Below, in pieces: positions 53,417 to 64,000 of a stretch of DNA of 64,000 bases. Below the pieces are notes generated by a model that did no database searches, had not been told where the DNA came from, and saw only the letters and a list, made by a program, of their open reading frames with translations. Numbering within the stretch: position 1 is the first letter of the stretch; each line of letters opens with the position of its first letter. Source of the stretch: Rotaria socialis (Eukaryota); contig CAJNYD010000012.1 of assembly GCA_905331295.1 (NCBI GenBank), forward strand, positions 558,001 through 622,000, read 5' to 3'. The position numbers and the translations under genes were made by a program.

Positions 53417-54170
53417 ATCTCAGGAACTGCGATTTTTTGTATGATCCTTGTAAGATTTGATTCATATTCCAAGATCTTGTATGTATTTTATAAGATCTTG
53501 AGTCAGATTTTTCGACCTGGGAAATTGAATTTCGATCCTAACATAAAATTTAAAATCACCATGAATATACTTACCATAAGAATAACATAATTCCTTATGT
53601 ATATCGTGGAATCTACGTTTCAAACCTAAAGCCAGCTTTTCTTCGGAGGAAGAGGTTAGGGAGAACGAGGATGATGGTGGAAGCTCTCTTAGTGACCGCT
53701 GCTTTGGGAAAATGGTATATGACAGGATATATGTTATTCAGAATTTAGGATTCAGAATTCAGTAATTCCCTAAGTTCATCATCTCTAAGAAAAAGCTTCA
53801 GCTAAGGTCTGAAACAAAGAATTGAGGAAAGATGTATGAGGCGGTTGTATTTTTTGAGTAAGTATTTTCAGAGTGATTTAAAATATTATTTAATAGTCGA
53901 AATTCGGTTTGAAATTAAGTGGCCCGTTGTATGCTTTAAAGAGGAAGTAAGGGGTATTTCGCAATGTTGCATCGGTCGGTGCTTCTTCGCTTTAATGAGT
54001 CAAAAACGTTTCCCCTCACTGATAAAGTCAAAAGATCTCGAAGTTATTGGATCTATATTTCAATCTTCTTGGTGTTTCTACTTTTAGCTAGTTGTCATAT
54101 ACTTTTCATCCGTAAAAGAAAAGGAAACTCCTCGACTAACAACGTTTGTTGAGTAATATCAATTATTAGC

Positions 54171-55461
54171 ATGCTGTTACTCGTCGCTTTTCTCATTTAT
54201 GCAATCGCTAGTGGACATGGATTTCTGGCAGTACCATTTGGTTCGACGTATGTGACACCTCGTAATTTGAGCTGTTCTGGTGGTGGGTTACAAATGAATC
54301 AGACCTACGGGGTAATGTACTGTGTCCTTTTCGCTTGGCCTGGCTCTCCACCAACAAACTACACAAATCTCTTCCAAAGTATTATCGTCGATGACTTCGT
54401 ACCAATTTCGAGTGATCCAGGCTTTTTATTCTTTGCCCAAAGCTATGCTGATCAGACAAGGCACTACGGTTGGATCAGGATGAGTCGCACTCGATGCACA
54501 GGTTTTTCAAGTACGACAACTGATGTAGGGTACGGTAATTGCACGACATTACCATATGAGATTTTTCTGCCTGGTGTCTTGCCGATACTATGTATTTGTG
54601 CGACTGACCGTTGCAATGCGAACTTGTCCACTTGTCAAGCTTCAGTGGCGGCGTATGCACCATCACCCCGTTTGATAACAGCTCTCCCTAGTTTGACCAC
54701 GCATGTGTCGTGTCAAGATAATGCAGCTCAGAGTTCTGGTGGAAGTATTACCTTCTGGCGTTGTTTATATCTTGGTAGTTTTTTTCCGTTTGTAAATACA
54801 ACATTATGTGACGCATACTTTGCCAACAATACCGTCATGTGTTTCATTAATACTAACGGATACATTAAAGGTTATACTTACGAAGAGTACGACACAGATC
54901 TGAGCTTCCAGTGGCTTTACAATCAATACCTTGCAGCGGCCTACAGCCCTAATGCACAGTTCATATACAATGAGAGTTCCACACAACTGCTCTTTTTTAC
55001 GACATATGGAGGCGGAGGGGCTATAGGGGGAACACAATGCTTCTGCACAACTAACAATTGCAACGTAAATCTGAGCACATGTGCCACAGGATTGAATTAC
55101 AATCCAACAACTACTGTTGGGACCACAAGCGCATCTAATCCAACAACTACTGTTGGGACCACAAGCGGATCTAATCCAACAACTATTGTTGGGACCACAA
55201 GCGCATCTAATCCAACAACTACTGTTGGGACCACAAGCGGATCTAATCTAACAATTACTATTCGAACTACGAGTGTATCAAATCAGACACGGTCGTCAAT
55301 AGGTAAATATTCGATTCATTTTCACGAAAGGAAATTTTCTCATTGAAATTTCTATTCGTATCTAATTTTCAGGGACAACATTCTATCATAATTATCAATT
55401 ATTCTTTTTCTCAATGATGGCAATGGCGACATTATATATAATCGATGTTGAACACATTTGA
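54171..55461 (+). CDS. Secreted, probably GPI-anchored cysteine-rich surface protein with two three-finger/Ly6-like modules and a Thr/Ser stalk; 2 exons
   Basis: Signal peptide; duplicated CxCxTxxCNxNLSTC motif; 12-aa NPTTTVGTTS(A/G)S repeats; intron ~55303-55372; hydrophobic C-terminal tail. Confidence 0.8.
55101..55250 (+). repeat. 36-bp coding tandem repeat, 4 copies
   Basis: AATCCAACAACTACTGTTGGGACCACAAGCG(C/G)ATCT at 55101, 55137, 55173 and 55209. Confidence 0.95.
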
Positions 55462-55743
55462 ACAATGAGCTTTACTCTTTTAAACTTACGTGTGCTATTC
55501 TATCTGTAACAATCCAAGAAACATACACTGTATAACCTCGAAATAAATATTTAGAATGACCTTCCTTACTATGGTACAAAGACAATATCAATTTGTCCGT
55601 TAAAATCTTATCGCTTGTATCACTTTATCATCTGCATTTCTTTTCCGTTTTTTTACAAAGAAAAATGAAAAAAATTTGAAAAAATTGCCTTTTAAAAAAT
55701 GAATAAAAAGTGAAATAGTCATATGTGGCTTTGAGCTTTTCAA

Positions 55744-56067
55744 TCAATTTATATATACATACACCCAAATCATCACATTTTTATCTTCACTTACCAACTT
55801 AGCAGATTTTTGTTCGTGTGTCACGTTTCCACCAAAATATAAATTAAATTTTTCTAATAACATTTTCTTTAAACCCTTTTCCAATAAACAATCCGGCGTT
55901 TCACTGGTTAAGAACATGAATAAATTTTCTGTTACCCAATACGATAAAGATAATTTAGCATATTTACGACCGGATAAACATCTTATTGCAAGAGAAAATG
56001 GTGCAAGAACATTAGTCAAGGATTCTAATAAATCCCATTCAAGATCATTATTTGATAAAGAACGTAA
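55744..56067 (-). mobile_element. hAT (Ac/ZBED-like) transposase fragment
   Basis: EWDLLESLTNVLAPFSLAIRCLSGRKYAKLS resembles the hAT EW..L..L..PF..AT..LS...Y.TLS block. Confidence 0.6.
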
Positions 56068-56109
56068 CCTATGGGATCAAAAGGAGGCGGAACACTTTGT
56101 ACACAAAAC

Positions 56110-58788
56110 GGCCCTAAGTGAAAATCAGTTCAAAAAATCATTTCTAACTACGATATCACACTGTACTGTGTGTGAGTACACGATTCTGAGCTCTTACCGA
56201 CCAGTTTCAAAAGGTTTCAAGTCTCCATCTACAAACAGTAGATCTCTACAATAGAATATACGCTGCCACGAATGTTGTAGCAGCCGGCAACAAATTATAC
56301 AGGCCCGCCAATAACCTGCACATAGAGCTTTTCAAGGCCTACAAAATGGCCATAAAACACCCTGTAAAATATACTGTGCTCGACAATTCCTAAACAGCAT
56401 ACTATGGAAATTCTATGGAAAAGGCAATATATGGCAAAGTGTGATGGTTACGATCTTCGGTAGTGAACTAGATACCACCGTTATTTTACCAGCGGAAACA
56501 TAGGCGATTGAGTGCTTCAAAAATGTTCTGAGGTGAGAGGATATCTAGCGTTCCTCTGACGGGATTATAAAAACTTGCAGAGATTTGGTTATGTTTGCGC
56601 AGCATTGGTGAAGTTGTCGGATTGTAACGGAATGAATATTGTAAGAATTTTTTTATGTATACGCTGCTTCAGAAAATGGGTAGGTGGCTTGTCAGAGAAA
56701 GGTTTTCTGACCGGGGTGCTCTAGTTTAACAGTGGTGTTATGATGAGAGCGCAAGAAACCTTTCTTATGAGGGTTTCTGCGGTAATTTAGAAGGAGAGAT
56801 GCAAGTCGGATAACATAGGAATGATTAATGTGGTCAGTTAAATGTAGTGGAAGAGAAGATATTTGAATGTGGAGGCCTACGCGGAGAAGATATCTTAGAG
56901 AGCGCGTGAAATACATGCACTGATGTTATTTCAGAGAGAGAAAAAGAGAAATGAACTGAAGAATTTTTAGGAAAGATTGGGAGAGAATATATGTCAGATG
57001 GAGAATTATTTTTAGAAAAGATATTGGATAGGGAGAGAGATTCAGAGAGAATATATTTCAGATGGAGAGTTATTCAGAGAGTTTCTTTTAGTGATAGAGA
57101 ATGAAGAGAGAGATTATAAGTTGTATGCGTTTCATTGGTTATTTTTTCATTTCGCATAAAATGAATTCGAAGAAGTTTTGTGCGTACGCGTGTTGTGGTG
57201 ATCGTTTTACTGCGAGCTGTCGACGCTCTCTGAAGGGAAATTGTATTCGACTTTTTGTTGCTGCACGTTTGTTTCCAACTTCTCTGCCGAGGGATAGCTA
57301 CATTTGTACAAAGTGCCGCTTTATGTTTAATCTATGGGCAGATCTACCAGAATTCTGAGATGCGCTGATCGCCGCCAACAATAACCATCAAGCAGCAAAT
57401 GCTGTCACTGATGTTGTCAGTGATGAAAGTGAAGAGGTAGAAGGGTGTATTAATGAAGATAATGGCACTAATCAGATGATTGATGACACATCAAGTGTGG
57501 CTGATTCTATGCACGACGGACCTATTCGTGCTCAAACAGCGAATGCATCATCCAGTGATAGCGCATCGATTTATGATTCAACTGTTACTAGTGATCAAGT
57601 AGCCGATGAAGAAATTACTTTGGATGAAAGTGGCGAAGCAGTAAGTGCAGCTGAATATATTTTATCTTTATTTAGTCTAACTTTCTAGATGGATACAGTC
57701 CCCTCAGATGAAAATATCGATGAACAAGGTATCGAAGTTCCAATTGAAGTTTCGGTCTTTTCAAAAAGGTAGATGCTTAGGATACAGACAATTAAGTACT
57801 TTTCGTTTTGTAGTCAATGTTGTGTTTGCAAAAGAACAAATTGTACCTCCAACGGTGACTATTCGCGAAGCAGATCTCACTGAATTGTTCATTCGACGCC
57901 ATATCGAAATACCTGCAGGATCCGGATGCTGCAAGCTACATCCTGTCGATAAACGCCTGATACCTGAAGCGTTCCAGTCTCTGGTACCACACAAAGTGCA
58001 ATATCGACTTTTTTCTCGACAAACTCTTATAAACCTCCTTAAATCGTATCGAACACGACTCAATAGTAACAAACACCTTGATTTTGACGAATGCAAGTGC
58101 TTGACAGATACTGATTACATCAAATTGACTGGATTTACTCGAGCTCAGCATGCTCTTATCTTGTCACATATACCTCCAACATCTTTGAAGAATTCAGCGA
58201 CAAGATCAGCTCGATCTGCTCTGGCGTATCTTTTAATGAAATTGAAACAGGACTTGAGCGATTCGGTTTTAGCATCTATCGTCGGTGTAGACAGCAAACG
58301 CCAAATGAGCCGTATCATATATGAGGCTCGAGTTGCGGTCTCTAAGCACTTCGTGCCTCGCTATTTGGGTTTAGCTCACTTGGGGCACGGCAGGATGTTA
58401 TCGACAAGCATACATCACCAATCGCAAATCGTTTATTGACTGAGGGCCGAGACCCATTTATACTGGTACTCGATGGAACCTATCTATATAGATACAGGTA
58501 AAATAAGTCACGAGCATTTTCAAACTAACGCTTTCTTTTGAAAAATAGAAAAGTCGAAATAATGCAGTTCAACGCAAGACATACAGTCTGCAGAAGAAAC
58601 GGTCCTTGATCAAGCCCATGGTTATGATAACCACAACTGGGTATATAGTCACCGTTTTTGGACCATTCTTCTCCGACTTTCATAACAATGACGCTTCTGT
58701 TCTGAAGCATGTCATACTCAACAACTATGAGAATATTCTTAATTGGGCCAAGGAAAATGACATCATGATTTTAGACAGGGGCTTCCGT
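56110..58788 (+). mobile_element. PIF/Harbinger-ISL2EU-like transposon, 3'-truncated, dead DDE transposase (~57161-58788)
   Basis: LVLDGTYLY, QRKTYSL.K.R.LIKPM, GYIVTVFGP, NNDASVL and ILDRGFR; stops and frameshifts; candidate left end GGCCCTAAGTGAAAATC. Confidence 0.8.
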
Positions 58789-58855
58789 GTGTGTGTGTGA
58801 GTGAAAAATAGATATACACCCACACCCACCCACACCCACACCCACACCCACACCC
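58787..58855. mobile_element. Telomere-like mini-element at the transposase breakpoint
   Basis: (GT)n-GAGTGAAAAATAGATATA-(CACCCA)n begins immediately after the DRGFR codons. Confidence 0.78.
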
Positions 58856-59637
58856 AACGGGTCTTCGTCTGTTCTGCAGTCGTATCTGAATTTATGCGCG
58901 CTGGAACCATATTGGATCGTAGGCATTTTCAACACGTCAAAAATATCAGATTGTCAGCTATTGATAATAATAATCTATATAACGAGGTGTAGGTGTAGTA
59001 GTAAATCTTCTTCTGATTTACTTTAACGCTCTGTTATATTCACAATTCAATCAGTTAATTTCCAGTAATGTACGACTTCTTAATAGATTTGTAGTTCAAA
59101 ATATCGATACTGTTTTCATTTCAGTAGAAAGCTAAGTAATAACAACTGGCAAAATCGACAATGTTATCGTGTCAAACATCGTTGTAATTCACACGCTAGA
59201 ACTCTAAGTATTCTCGTTCTTATAAATCATTGTCATCTCTGATATAAATTGATAAATTTATATCGAACACTTTTTTTTATGTACATGTTATTTCATCAAC
59301 TTGAGTAGACTTGAAAGAAACCCTAATTTTATCTGGTCTTTATGAGAAAAAGCAACAACGAAATGATTCGATTTCGTTTTTGAAAAATAAATTGATAGAA
59401 TATTGTAACATACTTCAATGTTGACGTGATTCTTTTTGCCGTTCTCTGATCTTAAACTAAAAACAACAATCCATGATTGAATGTTTTAATTCACAGAAAA
59501 AGAAAAGAAAAAGATTCTTATGATTATTTGCACATGTTGTAATTTACTGAGTTATAAATTTTTAAAAAAGAATGGTCGATTAAATCACTCTATATTACGA
59601 ATAAAAAAATAAATGAATCTAGATTTGTCTTTATTAT

Positions 59638-61147
59638 TTAAATTCTATACATTGTTTCAATATGTCGAGCAAGATCTAATCTATTTAATTGATTCGTTGA
59701 AAGAAGAGAATATAATTGAGCAACTGTAGGTGATGGTGAAGTACTATTACACCAAGTCGATATAACCCTACCAGCAGGATATTGAAGATTTTGCGAGGAC
59801 CAATGATCGATTTCGGGCTCATCTAATCCAATCAATCGTGCTAAGACGACCCATTCAGGTAGACGATTTCGCGAACGATAATTTTCTTGATACGAACGAA
59901 AGTCATCATTACTTCTAGTATAATTGAAACCTACGGTTATAGAGAAGAAAATAAAAGATATTATGTAATAGAGAACGAACTCATTTTCGACGATGGTCTT
60001 GGAGAAAAATGGTCTTTACTAAGTTCTTTGATAATTAACATACGTAAATCTGCATCCATGTTATCTACTAATGTGTGACTTGCTAGTGAAATAATGGGGT
60101 TCGGTGAAAACAATTTTGTTCTTGATTGATCGTCATTTTTTATTTGTTGATGATTAATATCTTCATTGTCATTAATTATACGAACTTCTGTAGCAAATAA
60201 AACAGTACGTTTAACGTTTGATGATAGATTGTTATTATTATCTCTTTTGTCTTCATCGACAGTTGATGGAATTCTAGATAATGATTTATTAGAATTATTA
60301 TTATCATCTTGTCGTTTAAGATCAGAAGAAATATGTTTATCGTTTAATTTGTCAAGTCGATTGTCAAGTGTATTTTTTTCGCGTTGCTTTTTTGCGTCAT
60401 TAACTATGAAGAATATTATCGTTGGATTAGGCTATTTTAGTTATTTAAATAAACTTACGCGATCGAATGTTAGAAGATGAAAAAATAAGACAAACATCCT
60501 CCAGATTTAAACGATGCGAACGAATAATATCGGTTGTTTTTGCATTGGATTTTTTCAATGCGCCAATTTCTAATTGGTCAACTAAAATCATATGCACTTT
60601 AATAGTATCATTAAATTAATCTTGTTATGCGCCTACCTATTGTAGCGTACATGATTTGAATTGATTGAGCATTTTCTTTCCAAAGGTCACGTTCGCGCGA
60701 GACAAATGTTAATCGTTGATCTAATGTCAGACGTTTTCGCAGTAGATTCGGTTCTTCGATAGCTAATTGTGTAATTCGTTTTTGAATAGGACGGTGTTCT
60801 TGTTCTTCGGATTCTTGAAAAATATTTAGAAAAGCTGAGCGATAACGACAGAGTGTATCAATCATCGATAGCATATTATCGAGAGGTACATCGGACGGTT
60901 GTTGTTTCGTTAAATCGATTTCGCTTTCATAGTCATCGATATTAGTATTTTCTATTATTTTCGAACAGATACTGTTGAGTTTCGATCGAATTTCTTCACG
61001 TTCACGTATTAACTCATCAATCTGTTGTTGATGTAGATCAACGATATCATCTTGTGGAAGATTTTTTTTGCCTTTTTTTTTCGACGACGATGAATCGGCT
61101 TTGGCACTATTCGCTTTTTTAGTTGGCGATAAAGGTCGTGCCGACAT
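59638..61147 (-). CDS. Coiled-coil protein with a C-terminal death-domain-like fold, 4 exons
   Basis: Exons join in frame; N-terminal heptads; C-terminal EWVVLARLIGLDEPEIDHW...PAGRVISTW...PTVAQLYSLL....RLDLA matches the death-domain pattern. Confidence 0.75.
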
Positions 61148-63863
61148 ACTTCTAGAAGAAGAAGAAAAGATAACGGATCAAATCTTCATATTTTCAGTAA
61201 TATCTTAATATTGATATATAAATCGTAATGCAGCCAATCGTATTTTCTTTTAGAATAATTGAGGCTATATGTTTGAAATCATATATCCAATGTTGATGAA
61301 ATCCTTACTTCGTCTATAATCAAATAATAACAAAAAAAAAATGACGACTGAAAAAAATTGGAATGTCTTAGTTTTAATTTCAAGAGAATAATAACAGAAC
61401 GAGAAAAAGGTAAAAGTTCGATTTTATGACTTTTTGCATGCCGATGTGTTGATATTTGAACGATACATGTCTCTCATCGTTTCGATGATGAAAGAAGAAA
61501 AAAACCGAGGAATTCAAGAGAAAGAAAAAACGCAGTATAGAACAATTTAAGAGACGTAAGTAGCAGAAACAAAAACAAGTACAATGATGCTTTATTAAAC
61601 ACCGTCAAGAATAGAATAGGGATTCAGCACTCTAAATTGCCAAGCGATAAAACAAAATAAAACCCAACGCTTTCGATATTCCAGATTGTAATATTAAATG
61701 TAAAAAAAAATTCCTAAATATGTTTTCGCTATCGAAACTCGAGATATTTTTGACAAGTCAAAGCCGATAGAAACAGTAAAAACGTATAAGTAAACATGCC
61801 AATGTTTAGATCAAATATCTTGCTTGTAAAATTAAGAAAGAGTCTAGTGGTCAAAAGAATTCTTCGGTTCGACACGTCAATCAAATATGCTCACTCATAA
61901 ACGATTGTAAATGGAGATAAATAAAATTTGTCACAGTATTCTATGGAGTACATGTCGTTAAACTGATAATTGTGTGGAGAAAAAGAAAACGCATGGTTTT
62001 ATTCAATTCAGAGAAAAAGATTTTTTTCGGCGGAGCCATCGAAGTCGATTTAACCGCAAGTATTATAAAGAAGACTAGATCCGATCTTTTTAATTCAGTT
62101 ATTGTTGTAATATTTTCTTCGAGGATAAACAGTAGAAATGCAATCTCGAAGTTTCTGATTCGGCTTTATTTGTACTGTCTACCCTCCATTCTTTCAGAAG
62201 AAAAAACTGCCCTGGCAAGGTGTCTCTGTGTTTTTTTATGCAAGAAAAGCATATTTTTACATCAATGAGGTGATGAAAAAAGTTAACTTCAAGCAATTTA
62301 GTAATTAGATGAAACTATCGATTCATTACAAGTAGCAAGAACATCGTTGCTCATCGAATAGATTGCTTGAGACATTTCGAGCAAATACTCAAGAGGAGTG
62401 ATGTTAATGAAAGTGGTTTTTGATGTGGAATAATTTTTGTGTTGTGTTTTACTACTACGCGAAATTAGATATGTGGGCTAGAGAAATCTGATACCTCAAA
62501 ATGGCTATCGCAGTAAAAGAACTGTTTGCCATCATTATACTATGAAGTTTATGTTAGTTCTCGTTTTACTCGTAGATGATCGGATGAGTGCACAGTTGAA
62601 AAAAGAACTTTCAGGTTCAGTATTGGATTTTCGAAGAGAATGCTGATACCAGTGACCCGACGCGTTACATTTCCATTCTCATCTACTATTGAGTTTAGTA
62701 ATTAATCATCGCTAAGAATAATAATCATGAGGCGTTTCAACCAATTACTCGTAAGTAAGAATATTATCTTCAGCTAGTTCATATGCTCATGTTTTTATTT
62801 TATCTTCAAAAGCAAAGCAAACATCGTGAATGCTTAAGTATCAATAAACAATGATTTGTTATATAGAAATCGTTTAGACATTAATATGAAACCTCTCAAT
62901 GGTACACTTCTCAAAAAGTGCATGCACTGCAAATTATGCTGTAAAGATCATCTTTCTTTCAGCGATCTCTAGTTCAAATTTCAAACAAACTCACTTTTCA
63001 ATGTCATTACGAGAATCGACCGCACAGCAAATACTTCGTTGCGAAAATTTTATTCCGAGTAACTTTAGTACAACAGTTCTAAATCTTTTTTCATGCAAAA
63101 TAATTCACTATCGCAAAAAATAATACTAAGAATTTGTGCCACAGACAAACAAACACGTTAGAATCGGATGCGACCGATAGAAAATGATATTTCAATACAG
63201 ATGAATTGATGGTATCACGCGTGATAGCTATAGTCGATGTCTATGACATCTGTATATATAAAAAACATCAGTTCAATTTTTTTTGTAAAGAATAATAATA
63301 TTTCAAGTGGATAGTAATTTGTACTCAAGGATGTATTTTAACCTTGAAATACAAGAATTATATTATTGTATTGAGTTTCGAGGTTTTCCCTGCCGAAGTG
63401 GCGTTGCAATACTTGTTAAATAAATATGTCTTATTATGTCTAGAGAACAAGTATGAGAAAACTGTAATTTGTTGCAATAACTGTAAGATACAATTTCATT
63501 AATAGACAATCCGTTCTATAATTGAAACTGAACATAAATGAACGCCATCTATTACTGGACTGCATTCTTTTGATGTTTACTATTGTTTATTGAATTCCAC
63601 ATAGCTGCAATGCGGTTGCGTGTGTATGCTTTCATTCATTCATTCATTCTTAAGTCATTTTTTTCTTCTTTCATCGATCGAGGCGTTGGTATAAATGACC
63701 TCATTATCCGCCAGTGAACAAGAAAAAAGTTTATTTGCACAGAATGAACAACCACCGGCAAATCTTCAACAATCTGAAAGTCTTGACGGCATGAAGCGAA
63801 TTCATTCATTTTCATCATCGCTAACTTCAGCAACGTTGCCAAATCAACAACGACAGCCTTATC

Positions 63864-64000
63864 GATCTTTATCGTCGCATGATTTGATTTCATCATCGCC
63901 TTTATCGTCTGTTCATACACGAAATAATAATAATAATTCAAATGATAATGATTTATTCGTAAATCCATTTGATAGACGTCTTACTGATCATTTTCTTCTC
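63864..64000 (-). CDS. Possible 3' end of a gene entering from beyond the window
   Basis: GTAAG donor near 63984 and CAG acceptor near 63912 give ...MINDKGDDEIKSCDDKDR*. Confidence 0.3.

Noticed and set aside
58787..58855. True chromosome end or telomere fusion
   Set aside because: The tract is short, has a conserved non-telomeric core shared with other copies, and normal genes follow.
61972..62700. Short ORFs in slightly GC-richer sequence
   Set aside because: No recognisable motif or consistent splice structure.
63636..63968. 110-aa minus-strand ORF
   Set aside because: Starts inside a probable intron; a different frame gives a more plausible short terminal exon.

Overview
AT-rich eukaryotic DNA with ~50-70 nt introns; the intron size, gene families and repeat types suggest a bdelloid rotifer (inference). 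The window has three zones. (1) 1-38.1 kb is gene-dense: a fem-1 homolog, a PAQR/membrane progestin receptor-like gene, an intron-containing tRNA-Tyr(GTA), a CDK1/2-like kinase, an SDR16C-like dehydrogenase, BRI3, SEC31, several orphan genes, two pseudogenes and a DINE-1/HINE-like Helentron derivative. (2) ~38.2-58.9 kb is a sharply bounded island of nested, mostly dead DNA transposons (MITEs, Mutator-like foldbacks, a CACTG element, Tc1/mariner, hAT, PIF/Harbinger-ISL2EU). It contains a 100-N gap and one intact, apparently GPI-anchored cysteine-rich gene. (3) From 59.6 kb genes resume, with a coiled-coil/death-domain gene. The most unusual signal is a set of tiny foldback elements built from telomere-like TGAGGG/TGTGGG repeats; several copies sit exactly where transposon sequences are cut off. 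All product calls come from motif recognition by eye; no database searches were run.
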